From Lama guanicoe (taxonomy: Eukaryota): a stretch of 64,000 nt of DNA. Shown piece by piece: positions 24,521-37,511 of this stretch (within the stretch, counting starts at the first letter, position 1; each line of letters opens with the position of its first letter). The notes under the pieces were generated by a model. That model was not told the origin of the DNA, did no database searches, and saw only the letters and a program-made list of their open reading frames with translations. The stretch covers positions 8,703,084 through 8,767,083 of the forward strand of contig MU054212.1 of the NCBI GenBank assembly GCA_013239625.1. The letters are read 5' to 3'. Position numbers and translations under genes: made by a program.

Positions 24521-26779
24521 TGAGGCTGAAACTCATTGCTCTGTTAAATAGTCCTTTCACATTAGGCCAGTTCTAACTGGCAAATTCATCTTGCTTGTCA
24601 CATAATATATCCAGTGATTCTGCCCTCTTATGTAAACTGACAGGCAGCACCTAAGTTATGCCTGTTCTCAAGTCTGGTCCCGGATACCCCATTTGTTCAA
24701 CTGTTCTCCAAGGTATTTTGTTTCCATTTCCTTTGCCATTCCAAACCCTGCTTCTGAATGCACTGTGGTAGGTTAATTACCTTTGCTTAATGTAGAATCC
24801 AGAGTTTAATACATAAATCCAGCTGCGGTTTAGCCAGCATCTAATGAAACAGAACTTTCCATATTCTGAACACTTACTGTAGCTTAACAGTGCTTATGTT
24901 ACCACAGCTGTCACCATGCTAACCACTACATGACCAGCGCTTTCTCCCACAAAGTGATGCGAAGCCAGGTCCTGACCATACTGATGCAGTCAGCTTAGAG
25001 AAATCTGTATGTAGGAATTGACTGCGGAAGTTTTTAAGAGACGGGGGAAAATAAAAACAATGCAAGATTCACACTGATCCCCATTCAATTTTCACTGGTT
25101 ATGGACCAATGGTTATTAAACTCTGAGCCATGGATGGGTGTCAGAGGCAGCCTTAATTCAACTGAAGTTGTAAGAAAATTTGTGAGCATATGTGCATTTT
25201 TCAAAGCTGCTGGCAACTCAAAAAAGGTTAAAAACATTCATGTTCTTCTCATATTCTATAATCTGATGTTTCATGAACATACCTTTTTTTAATCAAAGAA
25301 AACTGAACACATTTATCTATAGTTTCAAAAGTAAACGGTAACTAAAATATCATCAGAATTAGAATACAAAACATATTAATGTAGCATAATTTGTCCAGCA
25401 TCTAGTAAGTTATTAAAGTTTACCAAGTTTACCATGTGACAATGAGTTGCCTAACAGATGTGCATTTCACTGTATGTTAATAATCTCAGTTTTTAAATGT
25501 ACTAAGTTTATCATCCCAAAAAACTCCCAAGAGTATTATTCTATATTGGAGTATGACCACATGATACTAGGAAGGTTCCAAGAATGGAACCAGCTTTGCT
25601 TTGAAGCAGTGACCTTTCTTCATAACCTGACCTAAGCATGACCAAATCTGGGAGATGCTTTACAAAGAAATCTTGATTTAGGAAGACAAGCTTGACAGAA
25701 TTCTGTGAGATTATGTTAGTGTGGATGACACAACGCTCTCCCTAAAATTCTGATTAACTACATAAGAGGTTCACATTTGCCTTAAATCTAATGCATGCAA
25801 TGGTATCAAAATTATCAAAACAAATTCTAACACGAATCTTACTTTAAAATCAAGGAGTGCATAAATAAATTAGAAAGTAGAGTTACCAACAAGGGTCCTA
25901 GTTCTTTCAATAGATCCTGTAAGTGTAACTTTTTTACCCTGATGTGGATAAGTGGATCTTTTTATTTTTTAAAGTTCCATCCATTTGAAATAAAGGAAAC
26001 AACAGATAAAATAAATGCTAACCACCTATTATGTTAAGTTAAAAAAATCACTTTCACGAATATTTTTTAAAAGATGAAACTGAAATATTTACAACTATTT
26101 AAAACAAAAACCAAAACACAGTGGAGTGAATACATTACAATATTAATAATGACTGTTTTCAGTGGTTGGTGTAAACTTATTTTTTTCAGGGATTTTTTTT
26201 TTTCTTTTCAGTATTTTCCAAATATTCTATATAAACTTGTATTGTTTTTATGATGGAAAAGTGCTGCAGGAATAAAAGGCAAAGAAAAAATTTTAAACAC
26301 TGCATATCACTTATAAACTGAATTAAACTAAAGTACTCAAATTTCCAATTATAAGGAATAGGGAAAAAGTTAAAAGCACTGAACTTTAGAGCTTGAATAA
26401 TCTCACACATTATTAGGTTTAAGATCTACATTTTGAAGATGAGAAAAAAAAAGGGCTTGACATTACACAATTTCTTCAAGTTCACACAGTAAGTTCTACA
26501 ACCTGCAACTCCAAATTCTCAGTTCATTATTCTAATTCATACTCCGTACTCACTGAAGACTAACAAGATCCAAGCTGGATGTAAATTTGTACACACAATA
26601 TGGCTGTCACTGTTTTAACACTTTTTATGTTTACAATGATGTTTTTAACCTATGATTTTTAAAAGGTTAAAGAAAATACAACAAAATCTTATCAGAAGCT
26701 AAGTGGTTTTAATGTATTCATTTACCTGCAATTTTTTAATGTATTTTTCAAGTTTCCTTTGAATATGTTAATTAATACT

Positions 26780-26918
26780 TCTGTGCCTCAGCCAGTGTTC
26801 TCATCCGTAAAACGAGTGTAATAGTAGTATCTGCCTCACAGGATCACAGATGAAAAACATGATTAGGACTGAGAACGGCACCTTCACATGGAGTAAACAG
26901 CAAGTATCGGTTATTATT
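26780..26918 (+). mobile_element. MIR fragment
   Basis: ctgtgcctcag...tctcatccgtaaaacgag...tagtatctgcctcacagg. Confidence 0.55.
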
Positions 26919-29409
26919 TTACAATAAAACTTTATAAAAAATTATCTCCCTTATGATGGAGTTTAAGTGCAATAGCAGATTTCAATTAAACACTTGTAAT
27001 TTTTCACCCACGTCATGGATGGAACTGTTTCCTTCAAGCAGGATTGAGGTATTTCACTCGAGGCCAAAGAATTCTGGGAATCTCAAAATTAATAAGCTCT
27101 TGGAGGCTTCAAGAGCAGGGTTTCTTGATGAATAGGGAGTCTGTTTCATTATGGGTGTAGACATTCAAATGAAGGAAAACAAAAAGGTACTATGAGTCAG
27201 AAAGGGGCAATAATATGGAACTGCAGACAGAATGAAATCTAGCAGGCAGAGCCCGAGTCGACACCTTAGAACTCAATCTACCTCACTAGCCCTAGTCATC
27301 CAGATGCTCCACTCCTCCTATCAGATGGCAAATACTAGGACAGGTCTAGATAGGGAGTTCAGAAAAAAGGTCATCTGACACACACAGCACCAGCTCTGGA
27401 TGGGGACGCAACACTAAATCCTGCAGGTGTGAAGAAAGCTGTACTGTTTCTATCTTATTTCCTTTTCCCAATTTTCTTTCTTTCATCTTTTTTCTCTTCT
27501 CTGTCTTTTGTTCCTTTGCCTCACCCTGTGTTCTACAGTCAAGGAAACTCTTAACTCCATCATCATTTACAACACAAAGTTCATTTTGTGTGAAATGCAT
27601 ATATACTATATACCAGTATATTTAATATGTACTATGTATACATACTATGTACAGACTATTCTAAACAGCTTTGACACGAAATTCAGGCTTTCACACATTA
27701 GTTAGCAAACGTGTCAAAGCTACCCTATGATGATGCTACAGTCAGCATTTCAGTTTTGTACAGCAGTCTGAGGAGTTAATGAGTGCTGATACTTGCAATA
27801 AAAAAAATAAGGGCAGAAATCATACATGCTAAGAGTGGCAAATACTTGCCACTCAGACACTCCCAGGGCTTTACCTGGCTGGCTGTATGTTCCATACTAA
27901 AGGAAAATGAGAACAGAATTTCATAATTTGGAATTGGGATTCAGTGTCAAAAATTCCAGTGATCCAAAAGTAAGGGGAATTTCATGAATCCAAAAAGAGG
28001 AGAATAATGCTTCTTTACAATTCATGAAAAGGCAAGAGAAGATGGCAAATTGCTACGCATCTTTTGCTTGACAGACTGAAGGGAGGTTGATAAGACTGTC
28101 AAAAATGAGCATTGCAATCTCCAGTTCAATCCAATAAAAACTAAATCCTTCTTCCCAACTTAAAGATCAGTTCTTCCTAACTAAATGTTATTCCTATTTA
28201 GCCAAGAGAATTACATATTATTTTAAAACTTGCATTATGTATATTTAATAATTAATCTATGTCCTTACTATTTTTCCATCTCAAATAATACAAAAACATC
28301 AATAACTACTGCAAGGAACTTAGTAATTAAAAAAGTCTCTCTGGAAAAAAACTCATAATATATGGTTTTGTTGCTGAAATATTAATATAATTTGTCTTAG
28401 TCACATTTTTAGGTATGCATTATGTACAACGATGGAGCACTGACTTACTACATTTAAGTTTAAACTTCCTCAGCACAATTTAATTTCCTAAATCTCACAA
28501 AAAATCTCACTTGTTCAACTGTTTCACTCTCACTTGCTCTCATTTCATAGACATTATGACTTTGATGTCATCGCTTATATTATTTCCTGGCTTACTTGCC
28601 TAGAATTCCCAAACATTCCTTTGTTGATCAGAATAAAATAGTATAGAGCTCTTCATAACATGGCCATGAGGACACCCTGTTTTTTGATGGGTAATAATTA
28701 GGGGTGGGGCAAGATCTCCGGGTGTTTAGGCATTTTCAGCAGTTTACGTTACTGTGCTGGATCTTCTATTAACTACTTCGTAGGAAAAAGTTCTTTCTTC
28801 TGAGCCTGCTGTCTTACGTACTATCTTTCCCAAAACGCCTGGTGGTTCCAGCCACGTTACTATCACATAATTATACTGCATGTACAACCTACTTGGGTTG
28901 CCAGTAAAGTGGACAAGATCCAACATGAATGATTCCAGCGACTGGCTTTGCAGATACAGATAATCCCCATCACTCCTGAGCCTCACCAGCCTGGAGGATA
29001 CACTGTCCTCTCCCCTTGGCTCCAAGCTCCTGTACACAGTTGCCTCAGCGCTGCTACCTGGCCCAAGAGGGGGGAGGCACAGGAGCCGACCCTCCTGATG
29101 GTTTCCGCTGCAGCACCCTTAGTCACTGTGTGGTTTCAACCTCCTGCTTCCAGGTGTTCCACTTCTGAGCACAGGCGTTTGTGTAACAGCTCCCACCTTC
29201 AGGAGGGCCCATGCCAGGATGTGGTTTATTTCTGCAAATTGTCAGTAATCCGCCTTCTAAGACTGCCATTTGAGAGGAGGGCACCCACAGCATTCCTTCT
29301 CTTGTTAGAGTGGAGCTTTTACATACATCATATATAATATCATTTCATTTCCTATACATGTACTTCTCTATTTTATCTTTTAAGCAATCTTTATCAATCT
29401 TTATCAGGA

Positions 29410-29598
29410 ACAGAACTTTCTATGACATCAAAAATGTTCTATTTGTGCACCACCCAACACAGTAGCCAAGAGCCACACGTGGCTACTGAGCATCTGAAAT
29501 ATGGCTAGTGCTGAGGATTTAAATTTTAAATTTTACTTAATTGTAATTAATTTAAATACCACTGTGGCTAGCAGCAGCCTACTGAACAGTGCAGCTCT
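29410..29598. mobile_element. MER3-like hAT-Charlie MITE
   Basis: agaactttctatg...gtagccaagagccacacgtggctactgagcatctgaaatatggctagtg...aattttaaattttacttaatt...cagtgcag. Confidence 0.75.
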
Positions 29599-30419
29599 GT
29601 ATCTCTACATCTCACCTCAACCTCCCCCCCTTTTCATGTCTCTCCTTCCATTTTATTACTCTCCCCATTTCATTCCCCCTCCTCATTTTATCTACCTTTA
29701 CATCTTATATTTACATAACAAATATGTAACATAAGATGTATATATCTTTATTATATAATTTATAAGACATACTATGTTTTGTAATTCCTTTATTGTAATA
29801 TATATTATTTTTTTCTATAAGTTCTAGGAGGTGGGAAAAGCTGCCACTTAGTCTAACATCCTAAAATAGAAACCTATTCTGCTTTTGTTTTCTCTACAGA
29901 ATAGAGTGAAAATCTAAATCAGGCAAGGAAATAGCATGAACACTACATTTTAATTAAATCCAAGTCTCTTAACAGAATCGATTACATTCCAGAATACTGG
30001 GGTAAAAGGCAGAAAATACTTTAGACCAATGTGGTATCTGAGGCAATTATATCCAAGAAATCATGGAGAACTACCAAAAGGGTGAACACCAGTACCTAAT
30101 TTTGAAAAGAGGTAGATTCCATAAACAACAGAGAAGTAGACCTGATGCAGATAAGTCTGAATCTCAAAAAAAAAAAAAAAAAAAGAGAACATATTGTTTA
30201 AAAGAGCTTAGGCATCCAGCTGTTATTACTGAGATGCTAAGAATATATAACCAGCAACATAAACACTTCCTTTCTGAGAGGACTATAGAGATATAAAAAC
30301 ACTACAGACATCTTAAGAGTCCCCCTATAAATAAATCATAAATTCACTGGTTAAATGATAAAACAGGTATAAACTAGCTAGAAAACCTTCAAGTCTTTTT
30401 GCTTTGGGATAGAACTTCT

Positions 30420-30650
30420 ACTTACTATCTGCTGAGCAGTTTTAAGCACCCCGCTCCTTTACATTCCATAGTAACCATATAAAGCAGGTATCATTACTAT
30501 CTCTATTTTATAGATAAGGACACTGAGGTACAAAGAGGTCAAATGCTTTGCCAAATGTCACTCAGCTAGGAAGCGGTGAAGCCAGAATTTACAGTCAGGC
30601 AGTCCAGTTCTGGAGTCCCTACTCTTCAACACAAAGCTAAACTGCCTCTT
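30420..30650 (-). mobile_element. MIR SINE
   Basis: ctattttatagataaggacactgaggtacaaagaggtcaaatgctttgcc...tcactcagctaggaag...ggcagtccagttctggagtcc. Confidence 0.8.
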
Positions 30651-32499
30651 GAAGTGTTCAGTGATCCAAGACCAAGTCAATTAATTGAGAAAAATTTCTA
30701 ACTATCGGTCTATGTTTCTGGCTTTACATCTAAAAAATAAGAATCTCTAATCACATAAAAATATTTTTAGCTATAATTTAGAACCTATCCTTAAGAAATC
30801 TGCAGAAGAAAAGAGCCAAGAGAACCAAAACAAGAAATGACAAGTTTTAAAAAAGCTCTACAGACTGAAACATTGATCCAACAAGACAATAAAGACACAT
30901 GTATTTAAAAAAAAAATTACATAAGAATCTGACAAACTCCAAGATTAAGAATGACTGATGTTAAAAAAGTTTGAAGTAGTCCCAAAATTAGCATGAGCAA
31001 AAGAAGTCAGTGCTATATTGTCAAAAATATATACACTCCACTTAAAAAAAAAAAAACCTGAGCCTAGAAAAAATAGTTTAAAAGCAAAAAAAGTTAAATA
31101 GCAGCAAAAAAAGTCAAATTATTTATGCTTTAGTAAACATTTTATTTACTGGAGTTAACTTTTATTTAAATAAAATATATAAAGCCATATATTTTATAAT
31201 AATTCTTTACTTTGCTTACTGAAATGATCCTTAAGTCCTTTCTCAAAGTCCACCACTTTCATCAAATGTATATTTTCAAATACCTATTTACCTGCGTAAT
31301 TCCTAAACCCATGGATTAGGAAAAGTAATCTAAAGGTAGAGGGAAAATGCTTTTGCACTCATTTCTAGCAATAAAAGATAAAAGTTAACCAACAAAGAAA
31401 CACATACGAAGGTTTAAGCAGTATTTTACATTTACATTAAATAGATCCAAACACTCCTGTAGACTTCACTGAGCTCTGGAGGCGTAACAATTTTACCAGA
31501 CATTTATAATGCAGATTCTCCTATGTGTCACTTTAACAAGACAACCTGTGCCCGTGGAGACCCTCAGCAGCACTTGTGGCTGGTGTGCTGGCAAAACAGA
31601 GGCAAAGTTCCATTCAGGTCAGGGCTGATCCAGCAAACTCACAAAACTCTGGCGCTAACATTACCCCTGTATCTTGTTCCCTATCCATTAGCCCCAGACA
31701 GTCTAAGGACTTTGAAGCACCAAGCTCTTTGAAATACAATGGTGAGTCTTAAGGCTGACCTTAAAGATCAAATAAACATTTTTGCATCAATCTGTTAAAA
31801 CTCATCCCATAGAGCTCAAAAGATGGGGGATAAGAAACTAAACCAAAGATCTGCATTTGGAGAGCTCAGTGATCACACAGATAAGAGGTGAGGCACTGTT
31901 CTGAAAACAGATGCTCTGCGTTATCTACCTAGCAAACATGAAACATTTTCTCTGGAGAAAAGGAATAGCCCAGAAGAGAAGACCTACATGCATAACGGTA
32001 TTTGGGAGTCATCAAAGACAATGATCTAGTATAACCTTACTGAAAGTCAGACTGCTAACAGGTATCAAGTCTTTAACATGAATCAGCAATTTCACCTTTA
32101 GGAATTTATCACAAGAGATAATTTATCATAAGATAATGTGAGTAAAGAGTTAACTAAAGAGGTGTTTGCTGCAATACTATTTATAATATCAAAGCAATGG
32201 AAACATTTAAATACTCAAAAAGAAACTGATACTATTTAATGATACATACAGACATTAAAAAAGGAAAAGAGGGATATAAGATGCATGTAATACCTTACAT
32301 GAAAAGGACAATATGCAAAATACATGGAGCCAATACTCAGGGCTAAGTTTTCTGCTTATGTACCTTTTTCCCTAGGATCAAATTAGCTTACTTGAATAAT
32401 TAATAAAAATAATTACATGATTCTTGAAAAATGGATAAATTAACTGTAGTCTTAAGCTTAATGATATTTGGATCTCAAAAAATAATTTAAGAAATTAAG

Positions 32500-34100
32500 A
32501 AACTAGTTAACATTTGCTTCATTAAAAACATCAATATAGCTCCATCTTATCAAATTAATTTTAAATTTAAATGAAATCAATGATTTCAATGGAAAAACTA
32601 AAATATATAAAAAACAACTGAACCACAGATGAAAGATTCCATGATCAGTTCTCTATATTCTTACTACTATGCCCTTGAATGATACTAGTAATTGATAAAT
32701 CAATAACCATCAAATAGCTACATGCAAACACCTTTAGTGACAGATTTTCAACTTAGCATTTTCAGTAGTGTATATTTAAAACATTCTTATTTCCTATATT
32801 GAGAGATGACATTAAGAATTTTTGATCATTAAATGCTTCAGGCAAAACAAAATTTATCTTCAAGCATTAAAAAAACAGAACTTAAATTTTTTGGAAAACA
32901 AAGTAAATTTTACAAAAGCACTCTTGAAAAGGTCAAGTAAATCAAGAAATGTCTACTTAGCAGAATTTAAAATATTAAGTATAAAGGCAAATATGTGTAA
33001 AATACTAAGTGGGAAGAACGTAAAACTGATATAAAAACCAAAAATCTACTGGATAATTAAAAATGTGGGTAAAACAAATGGGCCAGTAGAATAGAAAAGG
33101 GACTACATTCCATGTCTATTTAGAAATAAATGTGACAGAAATGGCATTTTACAATGCAGTAAAAGATAGACTGTCATTAACTGACTAATCCATCAATAAA
33201 TGACAAGGGGACATTTACTATCACTTTCAAACAATTAGTTATATCTCTATATCATATATACTATGAACAAAAAATCCTAATGGATAAAATTATTAGGAAA
33301 AAAAGTACAGAAAAATTTTATACTATTTTTGTAGTTATGAATTGAGAAGGCCATCTTAACTATATCCAGAAAACCTAGAATCCACAAAGACAAAGACAAA
33401 ACTAATTTGTCTTAGAACCGTAAACTCAGAACCAAACAGAAAAGTAGCCAATGGATATAAAAAATCTAGAGCAGAAATAAAAATTTTTATTTTTAAATAT
33501 TTTATTTATTTATTATTGTATTATTTATTTTGGGAGGGGAGGTAATTAGGTTTAGTCTTGGAGGAGGTACTGGAGATTGAATCCAAGACTCATGCATGCT
33601 AAGAATGTGCTCTACCACTTGAGCTATACCCTTCCCCCCTAAAATGGCTAATAAATATTTTTAAACAACTAATCTAAGTGAACAAAAAATAATTTTTGAC
33701 TGATCAGTTATGAAAAAATTTAAAAGATCCCTGACATTCAGTGTTGGGCAAGGTTGTGTAGGAAAAGATATACTCATATTTCAAGGAGTTTAAAAAGGCA
33801 GAATGTCTTGGAGGACTTAAGTACATTAACTACACTTAAACATATATTCTTTTTGACCCAGCTATTCTATTATACTTCTGAGACTCAATCTTGCAGATAC
33901 ACTCGCACAACTATACAAACCCGCATCACCAGGATGTTCTCTGTAGTACTAACTACAATGCTCAAAACTAATAAAAGTAACTCAATATATGTAGCATGAG
34001 AAGAGGGACAGGCTTAAGTAAACTAAACAACATTCATACAATGAGTATTATGCCCTCTTTTTTTAAAATGAAGTAAATGTGAATATAATGATGTAAGGCT
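32500..34100 (+). mobile_element. Highly decayed L1ME-like fragments
   Basis: A-rich, with scattered ORF2/3' motifs (tcagtgttgggcaaggttgtg, ttttgacccagctattcta). Confidence 0.5.
33484..33639 (-). mobile_element. vic-1-like SINE
   Basis: Minus strand GGGTATAGCTCAAGTGGTAGAGCACATTCTTAGCATGCATGAG...TTCAATCTCCAGTACCTCC...CCTAATTACCTCCCC followed by (AATA)n. Confidence 0.88.
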
Positions 34101-35257
34101 GCAAAAGATAAACACTATCCTCTCTGACAGCTTTCCCATCTTGACTTTCAGAACTTGAAATTGTGATTTGATTTCTCCTTTTAATAGCCATCAAATTGTG
34201 ATTTCCAATTTTCTATGGAAATCTATTCCATAGACTAGAAAATCAGTTTTCTACGCAAGTCTAGCAATTTAAGATCCATGTACTATGAGATAAATAGGGA
34301 TTTTATAAAAATGTTTTTGTATACCAACTGTATCATGAAAAAAAAAGTGTTCAAAATTGAACAATAAAGATAAGACATTACCTTACTGAATATGGAAGAA
34401 TTTCTGATCTCTATACTGCCCCTCCAAAAAAACCAAAATCAAAATTTTGTCTGCCTTCCAAGATAATAAGCCCAGTGAACAATACTTTATGCAATAAATT
34501 TCAGCTTCTGAATGCCAAATATGATTCCCATAGCCATTTGTGAAAGGTTAAGATATAAATTAGATTTAGTAATAATCTATTTTAAGTTATCTGCTTGAAA
34601 ATCAGCTAAAAGTCTCAAGTTTAAAAAAGATTCATAATTTCTAAAAATTTAAAAAACATTTCATGCTTTCATTCAAATGCTTCAATAGTGGCCTCCTTAA
34701 GAAATACGAAAACAGCCAATTCCTGAAATTATACTTTAAATTTATGTCCCATTAAAAAAAAAGAGCAATTAATGACATATTAATACCTCATCAATCACAG
34801 TTGATGTTCAAAGATGCTTGATAACTGAAAACTATCTGATGATATCACAGCTGATATGATAAATATAAATCTTGACCTCTCAGTCTCAACTTCAAAGTGA
34901 TGCCACCTACTTTGTACAAAAAAGTCTAAATATTGCAAATCATTTTCACATACTTCTGACAAAAGAATCACCTTATAGTGATAATTTACAAAGAGTTCTA
35001 TGGAATAACTTCCCAGTTTATTAGAAATCTAAATATTTCTTACTTGTATGAAATGTTTAACATAATTTAGGTGGCTTCTCTATACGAAAATCCAGTCATG
35101 ATGAAAAACTACCAAAAAAGTTCCCAGAACACTTTATTTCGAGACAGTGATTACTTCTGAGGAGGGAGGAAGCAGAAAGAGTTGGAGAGACAGGGTTTTA
35201 GTTGTTGCTATAACTTTACATTTAAGTAAAAACTGGAAGTTAAGTTGTTATTTTAAA

Positions 35258-35456
35258 GGCAGATTTCCCTGGTTCTAAACAATCTGCTACCTCTTTGTGA
35301 CCTTGAGAAAGTTATTTAATCTCCCTGTACCTCAGTTTCTTTTATCTGTAAAATGGGGACAATACTTTTTGCTATATAGGATTAAATCAGTTGACATATG
35401 TGAAGTGCTTAGAATAGTACCTGACACATGGTAAATTTTACTGCCATTATTATCAT
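35258..35456 (+). mobile_element. MIR SINE
   Basis: tgtgaccttgagaaagttatttaatctccctgtacctcagtttctttatctgtaaaatgggga...gtgcttagaatagtacctgacacatggtaa. Confidence 0.85.
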
Positions 35457-37099
35457 CAGCCTCACCAGCTGTAACTATCAACCCTGAAATCTGCTGGTAT
35501 GCACTGGGAGGGAAAAGCGGGAGTTAGGTGGAATGGTATCTGGTCTTTTTTCTACACTTACATTTCAAACATAAATGCTATTTTTGTAATCAGTGATATA
35601 TAGCCAGTTTAAGTGAGAAAGCAGTATAAAGTGAAATAACAAAGTTTTGGTCTTCTCTTCTGTTTTCAAAAACATGAGACAATTCAGGCTTTGGAGTTTG
35701 ATATTTATTTTTAGCAGGAAGAATATACTAATGATGATGACATCGTTAGAAGGTACGCCCATGTCCAATACCTGCAACAGAAGCTCAACAGAAGTTAAAG
35801 AAACCACACCAAAGGCTCAAGGCAAAAGTTGTAAGACATTACTTACCCTTAATTCTGCTAACAATAAATACAAGTAACAGTGTATTTAGTACTTAAGTTT
35901 CATCACAAGATCGAAAACAGGCAAGTTAACTATCAAATGTACTTTTTTCTTTATTTCTACCTTTTTCTTCCTAGGTTAAAACTGGGCAACCTCTCTAAAG
36001 GTAGAGCACAGTGTCAGAAACTATGTTCTGAGAGTGTATGTGTGAGCAGAGGAGGGGCAGAATGAAATAGGGGTGATGCTAATAAAACAATTTGGGGTGG
36101 GAGAGCTCTGCTGACAACAACTTAATTAGCTGCTATCCACATGTGGAAATGGCAATCATCTCTGGCACAATCAGAGGCTGCTGAAATAAGAACTAAACTC
36201 TAATAAAAGCAACTTAACAGAGGCAACATCATAGCATATCTACAAATTTAAAGAGAACTGTCTCTTCAAAAAAGGAATCCAGACAAATTGGAAGAGAAAT
36301 GTCTATAGTGGCAAACAATTTAAACAAGAACTAATCAAATGAAAGATTCTTTTAAATAAAACCAAATCTGGCTCATCTATCCATGACAACGGCTACTCTG
36401 TTCATAGGATATATGAGTGTTTCTTTTTTTAACCCTCCATCTCCAGACATCTCATCAACAGCATCAATCATCATTCAATTAAAAGAAGCAACAACCTTCT
36501 ACCTAAGGGTGTATATGAGCTGGGAGTTGGGGTAGGAATATGTTTAGCATCAGAATCAGAGATGGAACAAAGAAGTAATTTAACACTACCTTCCTGAGCA
36601 AAAATGATGAACTGTTCAGGAACAGGGAGACTGGGGACTAGCTTACCTGTAACAAATTCTATGTGTCCCAAAGTCTTTATTTCTTAGTTATATACTCAAA
36701 AGACTGCAAGTACTCAGAACAGGAATTAAGTAAGTCCAACTACAATTTACTGCAGTTGATATCAGACTTTATACCAACTGCTATTTTCCCATTATTTTTG
36801 TTATTGAAGATAAGAGTTTAAACTCATACGATAAATTACTATTACTGGAATTTCACATGAATAATTTTAAAATGCAACCAATTTTGTTAATTTCAAATTT
36901 CTAAATTTACTTAAGCAGATTGATTTGGTTCAAGTAAAAAGAAACCAATCAACGTTAAGGAGTAGCTTACCTGGGCCAAAAGGTCTAAAAAAAAAGGTCT
37001 ATGTCAAAAAAATTACAAAACTTAAGAGAACATTCAGATAGTTTTAAATTCCTACCAAAAGGGAATAAATAAGCACTAAAGAAGGAAAAGGTTACGCAC

Positions 37100-37275
37100 T
37101 TCCAATTTGTGCTCTTTCTCTGCAAGGGCTTCCTTTTGACAGCGAAGGAAATCTGCTAGCATTCGAGTGAGCTGCTTCCTATCATCGATTTCAGCCGCCA
37201 GTCTGCCGTTGTAATCTGCCAGCAGCATGCAGGCATCCTCTACCGTTTTAGAAAGCCTTTCTCCAGATTCTTTAT
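37100..37275 (-). CDS. RPRD1A: RPRD1A exon 6 (DKESGERLSKTVEDACMLLADYNGRLAAEIDDRKQLTRMLADFLRCQKEALAEKEHKLE)
   Basis: Acceptor ttttcttag, donor GAA|gtgcgt, 176 nt, coiled-coil region; phases consistent with neighbouring exons. Confidence 0.96.
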
Positions 37276-37384
37276 CTAAGAAAAGCACAGAATAACAAAA
37301 TAATTACACAACAAAAACAATGCCATATGCTGTTTCCTTATCCCAACTCCCAGAAAAGTTCCAGCTCACATTTCCTTTCCTTAC

Positions 37385-37511
37385 CTGTGATTTTATCCAG
37401 TAGGGAGACTTCTTGAACTTCAACAGGCAGAGAAGCTATCCTTTGGTGAACTGCTGCATCACCTGAAGCTGCATTTTCTAGATCTTGCAGTGCTCTAACG
37501 AGATCTAGAGT
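37385..37511 (-). CDS. RPRD1A: RPRD1A exon 5 (TLDLVRALQDLENAASGDAAVHQRIASLPVEVQEVSLLDKIT)
   Basis: Acceptor cattttag, donor CAG|gtaagg, 127 nt; RPRD1/CREPT motif LENAASGDA. Confidence 0.96.

Noticed and set aside
28744..29337. Longest ORFs in intron 6 (129 aa on +, 97 aa on -) in a GC-richer patch
   Set aside because: No recognisable domain; the longer one starts at TTG. Probably a decayed repeat fragment, and the lengths are compatible with chance.
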